In this document: piece by piece, positions 1 through 9,290 of the stretch | Numbering within the stretch: position 1 is the stretch's first letter | Layout: every line of letters starts with the position of its first letter | Sequence record: SRR31156797_5029 | Length of the DNA: 20,000 nt | Strand: one strand, 5' to 3' | Position numbers and translations under genes: made by a program | The notes under the pieces: model-generated | The model's input: the letters and a program-made list of their open reading frames with translations, nothing else | Databases searched by the model: none | What the model was told of the DNA's origin: nothing

Positions 1-720
1 GTTAGGGGACGGCTTAACCGGAAGTTCATAAAAATCGTTGTGCGTATAGTTCTTTACCGGGATTACGCTTAGCTCACATTGAACGCTATCTTTTAGCCAG
101 AATTCTCCATTCACCATTTGGGCATATTCGCCCACCGTCATGCCATGCACAATGGGTACCGGATGCATCCCGACAAACGATTTGAATCCGGGCTCCAAAA
201 CCGGCCCGTCAACATAAAACCCATTGGGATTTGGCCTGTCAAGAACCATTACTGGAATCCCATTTTCGGCACAGGCTTCCATTACATAGGTCATGGTTGA
301 GATGTACGTGTAAAATCTTGCCCCTACATCCTGAATATCGAAAATCACAATCTCGATATCCTGAAGATCTTCGGAATTGGGTTTTTTATTGTTTCCATAA
401 AGTGAGATGATGGGCAGTCCGGTAACAAGATCAATTTTGTCGTCCACCTTTTCGCCGGCATCGGCTTTGCCTCTGAAACCGTGTTCAGGACTAAAAACTT
501 TTGTTACACGGATTCCTGCTGAAAGCAAACTATCCACTAAATGTGCACTACCAATCAGTGAAGTATGATTGGCTACCACAGCAACTGTTTTACCTTCCAG
601 CAGCGGAAGGTATTGTTCTGTCTGTTCGGCGCCGGTAATTAGTTCAGGCTTGTTGTTTTGTGAAGAAGCAACAACAGGTGTTAAAATTGCAATCGCTAGG
701 ATCAGGAAAATATGTTTCAT
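1..720 (-). CDS. namZ: Exo-beta-N-acetylmuramidase NamZ / DUF1343 (YbbC) family protein, 5' part only; runs off the left window edge
   Basis: Not in the ORF track because there is no stop codon in the window. Manual minus-strand translation from the ATG at 720 gives MKHIFLILAIAILTPVVASSQ (signal peptide) then ITGAEQTEQYLPLLEGKTVAVVANHTS, FSPEHGFRG, SLYG and FDIQDVG-RFYTYI, all hallmark DUF1343 motifs. Confidence 0.9.
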   Translation of the reverse strand, partial: MKHIFLILAIAILTPVVASSQNNKPELITGAEQTEQYLPLLEGKTVAVVANHTSLIGSAHLVDSLLSAGIRVTKVFSPEHGFRGKADAGEKVDDKIDLVTGLPIISLYGNNKKPNSEDLQDIEIVIFDIQDVGARFYTYISTMTYVMEACAENGIPVMVLDRPNPNGFYVDGPVLEPGFKSFVGMHPVPIVHGMTVGEYAQMVNGEFWLKDSVQCELSVIPVKNYTHNDFYELPVKPSPN

Positions 721-802
721 GTAGTGTTGGGTTTACAAGACAACGGCTTAAATTTAGCTTTGATATTTAACTATGATAAAAATAATCTCAATTTATTCCT
801 GT

Positions 803-810
803 TACTTTTG
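803..810 (+). promoter_or_regulatory. Bacteroidota primary-sigma -7 element (TACTTTTG) for the LolE-like permease
   Basis: Exact TAnnTTTG match ending 15 nt before the proposed TTG start at 826. Confidence 0.65.
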
Positions 811-825
811 CACAAATTTCCAGAA

Positions 826-2052
826 TTGAACTTTGAACTATTCATAGCAAAAGGAATACTCTCAGGCGACAAAAATAACTTTTCGCGCCCTATTGTCCGT
901 ATTTCCATTATCAGCATTACTCTTGGCCTTGCTGTGATGATCCTTTCGCTGGCCATTACCACCGGATTTAAAAATGCAGTTTCTGAAAAAGTCATTGGTT
1001 TTGGGTCGCACATCCAGATTACTGGGTTCGGCCTCAACAATTCCTGGGAAAAGGCCCCCGTGGACAAAAACCAGGACTTTTATCCATCTCTGGAAAATGA
1101 ACCGGGGATCACTCATATCCAGGTTTTTGCCAATAAGTCCGGATTGATCAAAACTGAAGATCAAATCCAGGGCATTGTTTTGAAAGGCATCTGGACTGAC
1201 TATGACTGGTCGTTTTTCGAGGATAAACTGGTTGAGGGTGCGCCGATTGTTATTGATTCTTCGAAACGGACGGATGACATTTTGATCTCCAAAAAGATGG
1301 CAGATGACCTGGTTTTAAAACTTGGTGATGATGTGCGGGTGTACTTCATCAATCCGGATGAAATGAGCCCGCGAGGCAGAAAATTTTCCATTAAAGGTAT
1401 TTACGAAACCGGCCTTGAGGAGTTTGATGATAAATTCCTCATCGGAGATATCCGGCACATTCAGCGATTGAATAAATGGGATGAAAACCAGGTGGGTGGT
1501 TTTGAAGTTTTTGTGGAAGATATGACTAAAATAAGCGAGATGTGGGAGCGGGTTTATAATATCATTGGTTACGAACTCAATGCCACCTCAATTAAAACCC
1601 TTTATCCGCAAATATTCGACTGGCTGGACCTTCAGGATATGAATGTGATTATTATTTTGATACTGATGGTTGCCGTTGCCGTAATTAATATGATTTCAAC
1701 ACTGCTGATCTTGATCCTTGAAAAAACCAATATGATTGGCGTTCTTAAAGCGCTTGGGACCAAAAATATATCCGTAAGAAAAATCTTCCTTTACAACGCC
1801 GGATTTATTATCGGCCGGGGATTGATTTACGGTAATGTTCTGGGGTTGGGCTTAGCGTTGATCCAATATTATTTTCAGGTGATTTCTCTCGATCAGGAAT
1901 CCTATTATGTGCCTTATGTGCCCATAAACCTGGAGATACTTCCCGTTGTTCTGCTAAACGTTGGAACTTTACTTCTTTGCTTGTTGTTCCTCATTGTACC
2001 CTCTGTTGTGATCACCAAAATCAGCCCGGTGAAGGCCATAAGGTGGGAGTAG
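826..2052 (+). CDS. Lipoprotein-releasing ABC transporter permease, LolC/E family (MacB_PCD + FtsX)
   Basis: One N-terminal TM helix, a periplasmic domain and three C-terminal TMs with IG(V)LKALG and ISPVKAIRWE. The start was moved from the track's 712, which overlaps namZ, to TTG 826 (MNFELFIAK), just downstream of a -7 box. Confidence 0.88.
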   Translation: MNFELFIAKGILSGDKNNFSRPIVRISIISITLGLAVMILSLAITTGFKNAVSEKVIGFGSHIQITGFGLNNSWEKAPVDKNQDFYPSLENEPGITHIQVFANKSGLIKTEDQIQGIVLKGIWTDYDWSFFEDKLVEGAPIVIDSSKRTDDILISKKMADDLVLKLGDDVRVYFINPDEMSPRGRKFSIKGIYETGLEEFDDKFLIGDIRHIQRLNKWDENQVGGFEVFVEDMTKISEMWERVYNIIGYELNATSIKTLYPQIFDWLDLQDMNVIIILILMVAVAVINMISTLLILILEKTNMIGVLKALGTKNISVRKIFLYNAGFIIGRGLIYGNVLGLGLALIQYYFQVISLDQESYYVPYVPINLEILPVVLLNVGTLLLCLLFLIVPSVVITKISPVKAIRWE

Positions 2053-2126
2053 GGGAGGTTGCGCGAGATGAGCGGGAATTAGGCAGAGTGTAGTGAATGT
2101 CTTGAGGATGGAAGTAGTAAAAAGTA

Positions 2127-2175
2127 AATCAGTTGGCAGTCGGCACTGATCAGTCAGCAGTCTGAAGTATCCAGT
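2127..2175 (+). repeat. Degenerate heptamer tandem array, about 7 units of NNNCAGT
   Basis: aatcagt tggcagt cggcact gatcagt cagcagt ctgaagt atccagt, with exact period 7. Confidence 0.7.
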
Positions 2176-2226
2176 CCGCCGGGGCCAGACAAAGTGTTTT
2201 TTTTGGAAAATGATTTTGCAGTTAAC

Positions 2227-2296
2227 CCATTCCTTCATCCATCCATCACTCCAATAACCCATCACTCCAATAACCAAATAACCCCGCCTTTGGCGG
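2227..2296 (-). repeat. Degenerate octamer tandem array (7 units) followed by a small GC hairpin
   Basis: ccattcct tcatccat ccatcact ccaataac ccatcact ccaataac caaataac (2227-2282; the 16-mer ccatcactccaataac occurs twice), then ccgcc-ttt-ggcgg (2284-2296). Confidence 0.75.
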
Positions 2297-2345
2297 CACA
2301 TCGCTTCGCTCAGCTCAATAACCCGGTAACAATAACGGCCCAATA

Positions 2346-3593
2346 CTACTCATACCTCAGCGATTCAATCGGATCGAGGGCAGCGGCTTTCGAGGCCGGA
2401 AGTATGCCTGAAACCAGTGCAACACCAAAACACAACAACACGCCAATTGCAATCCATGCCCAGGGAATGATAAAACTGGTGTCGGTGAAGAGAGAAACCA
2501 GGTTGCCCGCAAGGATACCCAGGATAATTCCGCAGATTCCGCCCAACTGGCCAATTACAATTGACTCTACCAAAAACTGGTTCCTGATTGTAAGTTTGTT
2601 GGCACCCAGTGATTTGCGTATGCCAATTTCGCGGGTTCGTTCCGAAACGGAAACCAGCATAATATTCATCAAACCGATGGCTGCGCCAAAGAGTGTAATA
2701 AAACCAATAACCAGGGCTGCCATTTTAATGGCCGCTGTGTTTTCAGACAGCATCTTTAGCAACTGATCACTTTTGGTAATATCGAAATCATTTTCCTCCT
2801 GTATCTTGTTTTTCCTGATCACCCTGAACAGTCCGGTGGCTTCGCCAATGGCGGCATCAACCTGCTCCGTGTTGTTGGGCATGACGTTGATGGTAAACGA
2901 CATGTTTGGGCGGGAAAAGTATTGTCTGACGTTGGTGATGGGTAGTAAAACCTGCCGGTCGGGAGAAAACCCCATGCCGGTACCTTTTTCTTCAACAACG
3001 CCGATTACGCGATATTTACCTGGTCCAATAGAAACTACTTTTCCAATCGGATCTTCATTTTGTTTAAATAGTGTGTTTGCAATTTCGCTTCCCAATATCG
3101 CCACATGGGTTCCATAGTACACTTCATTATCAGTGAAGGTGCGTCCCTTTGCAATTTCATTGCCTGAGGTTAGCATGTAGTTCTCGTCGGTGCCAATGAT
3201 CTGCGAATTGGGATTGGTTTTTTCTGATTTATATTTCACTGTTGCCGTCCATGAGGCATTGGTGAAAACAGAAACTGTTGCAGGAAAAGTGTATTGCTCC
3301 TTGAAATCCATGGCCTCCCTGAACTGTATCGGGGCATAATATTTTGCCCTGCTTCGGTTGTGTCCCATCTGCACGTTCATCGACCGGTTTTTGATGGTGA
3401 AAGTGTTGGAGCCCATCATCATAAGGTTATCACCCAGGCTTTTTTCCAGTGCATCAATGGCAGTGGAGATGCCCACCAGTGCCATAATCCCAAACGCGAT
3501 GATTGCAACAGTTAAGATGGTTCTGAGCAAACTGCCTTTGATGGCGCTGAGCGAAATCCTGATGTTTTCGATTAAAACCTGGTTCTTTGCCAT
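2346..3593 (-). CDS. MacB/FtsX-family ABC transporter permease
   Basis: LRTILTVAIIAFGI, AAIGLMNIMLVSVSERTREIGIRKSLGA and AAALDPIESLRYE are canonical MacB-type motifs. Start refined to ATG 3593 (MAKNQVLIEN). Confidence 0.92.
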   Translation of the reverse strand: MAKNQVLIENIRISLSAIKGSLLRTILTVAIIAFGIMALVGISTAIDALEKSLGDNLMMMGSNTFTIKNRSMNVQMGHNRSRAKYYAPIQFREAMDFKEQYTFPATVSVFTNASWTATVKYKSEKTNPNSQIIGTDENYMLTSGNEIAKGRTFTDNEVYYGTHVAILGSEIANTLFKQNEDPIGKVVSIGPGKYRVIGVVEEKGTGMGFSPDRQVLLPITNVRQYFSRPNMSFTINVMPNNTEQVDAAIGEATGLFRVIRKNKIQEENDFDITKSDQLLKMLSENTAAIKMAALVIGFITLFGAAIGLMNIMLVSVSERTREIGIRKSLGANKLTIRNQFLVESIVIGQLGGICGIILGILAGNLVSLFTDTSFIIPWAWIAIGVLLCFGVALVSGILPASKAAALDPIESLRYE

Positions 3594-3746
3594 GTTTAAA
3601 ATATTAGCGTGGTTTATTGAGTAAACGAAAATAATCAAATAACCTGATTTGCCTCCATAGATTTCATTATTTATCTTTTTTACAAAAGTTATAATCCAAT
3701 TCTCTATCCTTAATAGTTACTCACTTCTGCCCACTTTTCCTTCATA

Positions 3747-4640
3747 CTACTTTCTACCTACTTCTTTCTCTTTAACATGTTTCCACCGTCTATGCGACCA
3801 AAGCCAGTACCAGGGCCACTCACGGATGCCTTCCTCGATTTTTCGGATGTATTGGAGGGCGATTTCTTCTTCGGTGTGTTGTTGGGGATTTTCCACTAAC
3901 ATCGAAAAATCAGCCTGGTAATATCCACGTTTAATTTTTTTGATTTGCATGAAGACTACAGGCTGGTTAAATTTTCGTGCGATTCGTGCCGGGCCGGTGA
4001 AAAAGGGTGTTTCCCGGTTCATAAAATCCGTCCAGAAAGGATAATCTTTGGGTGGAGATTGATCGGCAAGAAACCAGGTAACAGTTTTAATTTCGTTTTG
4101 CCGGTGTGTAATCAGCTTTTTATAAATATCTTTCATGGCAACCAACTCGCCGCCATTGGCGTATTTTTCGCGTATGTTTTTCATGAGCAGATCAAAAACC
4201 GGATCAGTAAGTGGCTTGTATATGGCCACAAATTTGTGCTTAATTTTCGACTGGATATCAATCATCCACTCCCAGTTTCCCTGGTGTCCCGAAACCAAAA
4301 CAACGCTTTTACCGGATTGGTAAATTTCATCAAACAGTCCGGGATTTTTAAATTTAAATCGCCTGTTGAGTTCTTTTTGGTTGATTCCCATCACTTTTAT
4401 AGATTCGTATAAACTATCGGAAAAGTGCCTGAAAAATTTTTTGGAAATCTGTTGAATCTCCGCTTTGGATTTTTCAGGAAATGCATATTGCATGTTTTCG
4501 GAAACAACATTTTTTCTATACCTGATCAGATAAAAGATGATGAAATACGAGATGTCAGAAAAGAAATATAAAACCGGCAGTGGAAGCAACGCAATGAGCC
4601 GGAGTAAATAATAAATCAGTTGAAAGTAGACAGTCTTCAT
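3747..4640 (-). CDS. Lipid A biosynthesis late acyltransferase (LpxL/HtrB family)
   Basis: Catalytic H-x4-E motif (SGHQGNWE), FLADQSP, GPARIARK and YWLWSHRRWK, plus an N-terminal membrane anchor. Confidence 0.9.
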   Translation of the reverse strand: MKTVYFQLIYYLLRLIALLPLPVLYFFSDISYFIIFYLIRYRKNVVSENMQYAFPEKSKAEIQQISKKFFRHFSDSLYESIKVMGINQKELNRRFKFKNPGLFDEIYQSGKSVVLVSGHQGNWEWMIDIQSKIKHKFVAIYKPLTDPVFDLLMKNIREKYANGGELVAMKDIYKKLITHRQNEIKTVTWFLADQSPPKDYPFWTDFMNRETPFFTGPARIARKFNQPVVFMQIKKIKRGYYQADFSMLVENPQQHTEEEIALQYIRKIEEGIREWPWYWLWSHRRWKHVKEKEVGRK

Positions 4641-4670
4641 TACTGATCAATGTACAAAGTGAAATGATTA

Positions 4671-5321
4671 TCAGGCTTTTCCTCCAAATGCCAAATCGCC
4701 CGCGTCACCCAGCCCGGGTACAATATAAGCCTGTGCAGTGAGTTCATCGTCGATGGCGCCAACCCATATGGTGACGTCACTACTGGAGATTTTGCTTTTC
4801 AGGTAGTTGATGCCTTCCTGGCTGGCAATGATGGCTGCAAGGTGCGTGTGGTTTGGCTTATTGGTACTGATCAATTCTTTGTAGGCCAGGTGCATTGAGT
4901 AACCGGTTGCCAACATTGGATCGGCCAAAATCAGGTCTTTACCTTCAATTTCGGGTTTGGAAACATATTCGATCTCAACTTCAAAACTGCCATCTTTATG
5001 GTGTTTGCGGTAAGATGAAATAAATGCATTTTCTGATTTGTCGAAAAAATTCAAAAAACCCTGGTGAAAAGGCAATCCTGCTCTGATAATGGTAGAGAGC
5101 ACAGGGTATTTTGAGATTACAGGTACCTCAGCACTGCCTAGTGGGGTAATCACCTCTTTGGATTCATAATCCAGCTTTTTGCTGATTTCGTAGGCGAAAA
5201 TTTCTCCTACCCGCTCCAGGTTGTGTCTGAATAACTGACTGTTATTCTGCGTATTTACATCCCGCAGTTCAGCTATAAACTGGGTCAGCAGCGAATTTTC
5301 CTGTCCAAGATTTATGACCAT
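4671..5321 (-). CDS. upp: Uracil phosphoribosyltransferase
   Basis: IIRAGLP, PRPP-binding LADPMLATGYS and YIVPGLGDAGD. Confidence 0.97.
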   Translation of the reverse strand: MVINLGQENSLLTQFIAELRDVNTQNNSQLFRHNLERVGEIFAYEISKKLDYESKEVITPLGSAEVPVISKYPVLSTIIRAGLPFHQGFLNFFDKSENAFISSYRKHHKDGSFEVEIEYVSKPEIEGKDLILADPMLATGYSMHLAYKELISTNKPNHTHLAAIIASQEGINYLKSKISSSDVTIWVGAIDDELTAQAYIVPGLGDAGDLAFGGKA

Positions 5322-5340
5322 GGTTTTCAGTGTTTAATGG

Positions 5341-5348
5341 CAAAGGTA
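5341..5348 (-). promoter_or_regulatory. -7 promoter element (TACCTTTG) for upp and the acyltransferase
   Basis: Reverse complement of caaaggta, about 20 nt upstream of the upp ATG. Confidence 0.7.
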
Positions 5349-5428
5349 CTTAATCTTATCTATTAACACAATGGTAGTTTATATTGTTGAAAATTGAATT
5401 ATACCAATGATATTAGATGCTTTAGTTA

Positions 5429-6364
5429 TTATCCGGTAATCTGCTTTTTTACTTTCAATAACAGCTTAATTGCCGGGTTTAGTTTGCTGTAGTTATAATG
5501 CAGATAATGAACTTCTTCAGCGCCAAAACCCTTGTAAAAACGGGCAAGGTTTTTATCGTTAGAACCTTCAAAATCCAGCGTGAGATGTGAGCCAGCATGT
5601 TTGCGGATGAAATGGTCGATCAGGTAGGGCATAGCTGCTGTTGATTTAGCATGATCGTTTGTGGCGGAGAAATAAAAAATCACCTTGTTGCCGCTGTAAA
5701 CAAAAAATGCGCCGGCACACAATTCGTTCATTTCGTTATATGCGCCAATCACGCTGGCCCTGCGTTTGTATATCATTACATAAATCAACCGCCGTAAAAG
5801 GTCATAATCATGGTCCTTCAGATTTTTAAGGTACTTACCCTTGTTATCCCTGAAGATTTTAATAATGTTTTCCGGTTTTGGATTTTCAACAATATTTAAA
5901 GAAGACTTGTCAGCTTTTTTTAAGTTGCGCTTTAGATTTGTAGAGTAATTTGTGGCAATGCTTTCGTAATTGTTTATCAGGTCAAGTTCATGCGTTTTCC
6001 AGGGTGTAAAATATTTTTTCTGGCCTTTGATGTTATTATGTGTATTCAGGTTGATTTCGATAAACCGGTACTTTTCCGGGATCGTATCAAGAAATTCCTT
6101 AACAAGGCTTTCGGTGAGGTGGACCTGGGAAAAAACACCAAGTTGCTGGGTAAAGTTAGGCTGGAAAAGATAACTGATGCCAAATTTCTTACCAGGTGTA
6201 AGTGGCATAACGGATTGATAATCATCTTCAACCAATGCCTCCCAGCGGTCGTTCACAAGATCGAGATACCACGAAAAAGCATAGATCATCCCATTTAGTG
6301 ATTTGCGGATACACTGATCCCATTTGTCTGTATCAACTTCGCTATGTTTGAGGTGCCTGATCAC
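5429..6364 (-). CDS. FemAB-like / GNAT (Acetyltransf_6-type) family protein
   Basis: IYAFSWYLD, QPNFTQQLG, NLKRNLKKA and LDFEGSN...LARFYKGFGA match the Bacteroidota FemAB-like GNAT pattern. Start refined to GTG 6364 (MIRHLKHSEVD), downstream of a -7 box. Confidence 0.75.
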   Translation of the reverse strand: MIRHLKHSEVDTDKWDQCIRKSLNGMIYAFSWYLDLVNDRWEALVEDDYQSVMPLTPGKKFGISYLFQPNFTQQLGVFSQVHLTESLVKEFLDTIPEKYRFIEINLNTHNNIKGQKKYFTPWKTHELDLINNYESIATNYSTNLKRNLKKADKSSLNIVENPKPENIIKIFRDNKGKYLKNLKDHDYDLLRRLIYVMIYKRRASVIGAYNEMNELCAGAFFVYSGNKVIFYFSATNDHAKSTAAMPYLIDHFIRKHAGSHLTLDFEGSNDKNLARFYKGFGAEEVHYLHYNYSKLNPAIKLLLKVKKQITG

Positions 6365-6381
6365 TGGAATTAAATTTTGGT

Positions 6382-6389
6382 CAAAAGTA
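6382..6389 (-). promoter_or_regulatory. -7 promoter element (TACTTTTG) for the FemAB-like gene
   Basis: Reverse complement of caaaagta, 17 nt upstream of GTG 6364. Confidence 0.6.
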
Positions 6390-6493
6390 CATGAATTTTT
6401 CACGAAGGGTTTTAGCCGGTTAATTTGTGGATCGTAAACGTTCAAAAAGCAATTGATGATGCTTTTTCTTATTTTCGCTGAAAATTTTTATGC

Positions 6494-7645
6494 ATGATCA
6501 AGATTCTTACCATTGTTGGAGCCAGGCCCCAAATAATAAAGGCTGCAGCACTTAGCCGGGCTATTAAAAACCGGTTTGCTAATCAAATCAGCGAATTCAT
6601 CTTACATACCGGTCAGCATTACGATCAAAATATGTCTGAGGTGTTTTTTAAGGAGATGGGTATACCCAAACCTGATTTTAATCTTCATGTCGGTTCCGCC
6701 TCTCATGGTGTGCAAACTGCAAGGATGATTGAGGGCATCGAAGAAAAACTCCTCGAAATAAAGCCAGATTGTCTGGTGGTTTATGGAGATACAAATTCCA
6801 CGCTTGCAGGGGCCATTGCTGCCTCAAAATTGCATGTTCCTGTTGTTCATATTGAAGCAGGTTTGCGGTCGTTTAATAAATCCATGCCGGAGGAAATTAA
6901 CAGGATTATGTGTGATCATGCATCTACCCTGCTGTTTTCACCTACCGGGACAGGTATAAAAAATTTATTGAATGAGGGATTCAAAAATGGCGCTAAATCA
7001 CCATTCTCTGCTGATAATCCTGCAATTTTTCATTGTGGTGATGTAATGTACGACAACAGTATATATTTTGGTGAAATAGCTGACAAGCAATCAAATGTGA
7101 TCAGGGAGAACAACCTCGAAAAGGGAAATTTCCTGCTGGCCACCATCCATCGTGATCACAACACAGATCATTCGGAACGCCTCACTTCAATTTTTGAAGC
7201 CATGCTTCGGATTGCTGATGAAAGTGACGTTGATATTTTTCTTCCGCTGCATCCACGAACAAAAAAAATGCTGGAAAAGAATCTTCCCACATTATTACGT
7301 TTAGCTGTGGAAGCACATCCGCGGATGAAACTTTCAAAGCCGGTTTCTTTTCTGGATATGATCAGTCTGGAGCGAAATACATCACTAATAATTACGGATT
7401 CCGGTGGCGTTCAAAAGGAGTCCTATTTCTTTAAAAAACCATGCGTGATCCTGAGGCCTCAAACAGAGTGGGTTGAGATAGTTGAACAAGGTACTGCAAT
7501 TATTGCAGATGCAGATAAAGCCCGTATTCTGGAAGGCTTTGGAAAGCTGTATAAAAATCATTCTTTAGCATATCCACCAATTTTTGGCGATGGAAAAGCC
7601 GCTGAATTTATTTGTGAACAAATCATCCGGTTAAATATTTTATAA
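6494..7645 (+). CDS. wecB: UDP-N-acetylglucosamine 2-epimerase (non-hydrolysing; WecB/WbpI-like)
   Basis: GARPQIIK, HTGQHYD, VYGDTNST, HIEAGLRS, MPEEINR, TDSGGVQKE and GDGKAA. Confidence 0.95.
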   Translation: MIKILTIVGARPQIIKAAALSRAIKNRFANQISEFILHTGQHYDQNMSEVFFKEMGIPKPDFNLHVGSASHGVQTARMIEGIEEKLLEIKPDCLVVYGDTNSTLAGAIAASKLHVPVVHIEAGLRSFNKSMPEEINRIMCDHASTLLFSPTGTGIKNLLNEGFKNGAKSPFSADNPAIFHCGDVMYDNSIYFGEIADKQSNVIRENNLEKGNFLLATIHRDHNTDHSERLTSIFEAMLRIADESDVDIFLPLHPRTKKMLEKNLPTLLRLAVEAHPRMKLSKPVSFLDMISLERNTSLIITDSGGVQKESYFFKKPCVILRPQTEWVEIVEQGTAIIADADKARILEGFGKLYKNHSLAYPPIFGDGKAAEFICEQIIRLNIL

Positions 7646-7646
7646 T

Positions 7647-8783
7647 ATGAAAATTATCGTATTAGGTGCAGGCCTGGTTGGAGCACCCATGACTTTCGAT
7701 CTGGCAAGAGATGCTGATTTTAATGTGTCTGTTGCTGACTTTAGCAAAGAAAACCTAAATAAATTTTCGGGCCTTGAAGCCATCAACACCATCGAAAAGG
7801 ATCTGTCTGATCCAAAATCAGTAAAAAATCTTGTTAAGGATTTTGATATGGTACTGAGCGCGGTTCCAGGGTTTATGGGTTTCCGAACTCTCAAAGCCAT
7901 TATTGAAGCCGGTAAAAATGTTATCGATATTGCTTTTTTCCCTGAAGATCTTTTTGAATTGCATGAATTGGCAAAAAAAAATAATGTGATTGCCATTTCA
8001 GACATGGGAGTTGCGCCGGGAATGAGCAATGTGCTGATCGGGTATGTGGATCATGTGATGGATAAAACCACAAAAGCCGCAATTTATGTTGGTGGATTAC
8101 CGAAGGAACGGTTTTGGCCTTACGAGTATAAGGCCGTGTTTTCACCCATTGATGTGATTGAAGAATACACGCGTCCGGCAAGATATATCGAACAAGGCAA
8201 ACTTATTGTTAAACCTGCCTTGTCTGATCCTGAGTTGCTTAACTTTCCGGGAGTAGGAACGCTTGAAGCCTTTAACAGCGATGGATTGCGTTCTTTGGCC
8301 GAAACCATTAACTGCCCGAATATGATCGAGAAAACCCTGCGTTACAAAGGGCACATCGAAAAAATGGCCATGCTGCGTGATACAGGTTTTTTCAGCAAGA
8401 AGCCGATCGATATTAACGGAACCATGATCAGCCCACTCGATTTCACCACAAAGCTCCTATTTCCTAAATGGAAACTTGAGGAAGGCGAAGAGGACATCAC
8501 CGTTATGCGTATTATGGTTGAAGGTGAAAAAAGTGGAAGCAAAAAGCGGTATACCTACGATTTGTTTGATGGTTACGACCCTGTAACAAAAGTTCATTCC
8601 ATGGCCCGGACCACCGGTTATGCGGCAACAATGGCATTGCGTATGCTGGCAAAAGGGCTGTACACCCGAAAAGGCGTTTCAGCACCGGAGTTTGTTGGAA
8701 AGCATAAAAAATGTGTTGATTTTATGCTCAATGGATTGAAAGATCGTGGGGTTGTTTATAAAGAAACGGTAGAGGAAATGTAA
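7647..8783 (+). CDS. Saccharopine dehydrogenase / lysine 6-dehydrogenase-like oxidoreductase
   Basis: N-terminal Rossmann motif IVLGAGLVG, DMGVAPGMSN, YVGGLP, EKTLRYKGH and SMARTTG. Confidence 0.88.
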   Translation: MKIIVLGAGLVGAPMTFDLARDADFNVSVADFSKENLNKFSGLEAINTIEKDLSDPKSVKNLVKDFDMVLSAVPGFMGFRTLKAIIEAGKNVIDIAFFPEDLFELHELAKKNNVIAISDMGVAPGMSNVLIGYVDHVMDKTTKAAIYVGGLPKERFWPYEYKAVFSPIDVIEEYTRPARYIEQGKLIVKPALSDPELLNFPGVGTLEAFNSDGLRSLAETINCPNMIEKTLRYKGHIEKMAMLRDTGFFSKKPIDINGTMISPLDFTTKLLFPKWKLEEGEEDITVMRIMVEGEKSGSKKRYTYDLFDGYDPVTKVHSMARTTGYAATMALRMLAKGLYTRKGVSAPEFVGKHKKCVDFMLNGLKDRGVVYKETVEEM

Positions 8784-8819
8784 CTCTGCAAGTGGTATTT
8801 TGGTAAGTATGCAGGGTCA

Positions 8820-9287
8820 TTAATAACCTGACCCAAGGATTCTCCTATCAAATGGAAATGGCTCTTTATTTACAATTTTAATTTTGTTGAAATCCGGGTG
8901 TCGGGGGTTGATTAAGTAATTGTAATCCCCTTTGGTTACTACTGAAGGGACTTTAAGAATACAGCATTTATTTTCAGAAATAAATTTATCTCCAATTGTT
9001 TGTGTTTGCCTGATATGAGGAAAGCTGTTCCAACCTGTGGGTAGGCTTGAAATTTCTAATTCATAAACCTTTAAGTTATCAGGACAGTTGATCGTGATCA
9101 TCATGTAATCACCAGGCAGAGTAGCAAGGGTAAAATGGACTGCAACTTCGGCCATGGCCAGTGAGCGGTTTGATGCCGTATAAATCATTTCTGTACCCAC
9201 CGAATTCCATCTGGCACCTTTTAATGCAGCACCAAAACCAGAAAGACTGTCAGTATACTTTTGTCTTACCAATCGAAATATCTCCAT
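8820..9287 (-). CDS. RES-domain toxin (MbcT/ParT-like) of a type II TA system
   Basis: SGFGA...GARWN, YTASNRSLAMAE, VPSVV and NYLINPRHPDF supply the R-E-S residues; lies 3 nt downstream of the antitoxin. Confidence 0.93.
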   Translation of the reverse strand: MEIFRLVRQKYTDSLSGFGAALKGARWNSVGTEMIYTASNRSLAMAEVAVHFTLATLPGDYMMITINCPDNLKVYELEISSLPTGWNSFPHIRQTQTIGDKFISENKCCILKVPSVVTKGDYNYLINPRHPDFNKIKIVNKEPFPFDRRILGSGY

Positions 9288-9290
9288 GGC

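Noticed and set aside
118-300. 60-aa + strand ORF
   Set aside because: Antisense shadow of the namZ gene on the minus strand.
2176-2204. Intrinsic terminator before the T8 tract
   Set aside because: No convincing stem lies immediately adjacent to the T run.
1969-2766. ORFs 1969..2343 (-) and 2194..2766 (+)
   Set aside because: They are translations of the intergenic repeats and of the antisense strands of the permeases, with no recognisable domain.
3700-3770. Pyrimidine-rich, weakly periodic tract at the end of the acyltransferase gene
   Set aside because: It may be a decayed heptamer array, but I could not establish a consistent period.
3945-4412. 155-aa + strand ORF and other short nested ORFs across the window
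   Set aside because: They are antisense or out-of-frame within well-supported genes.
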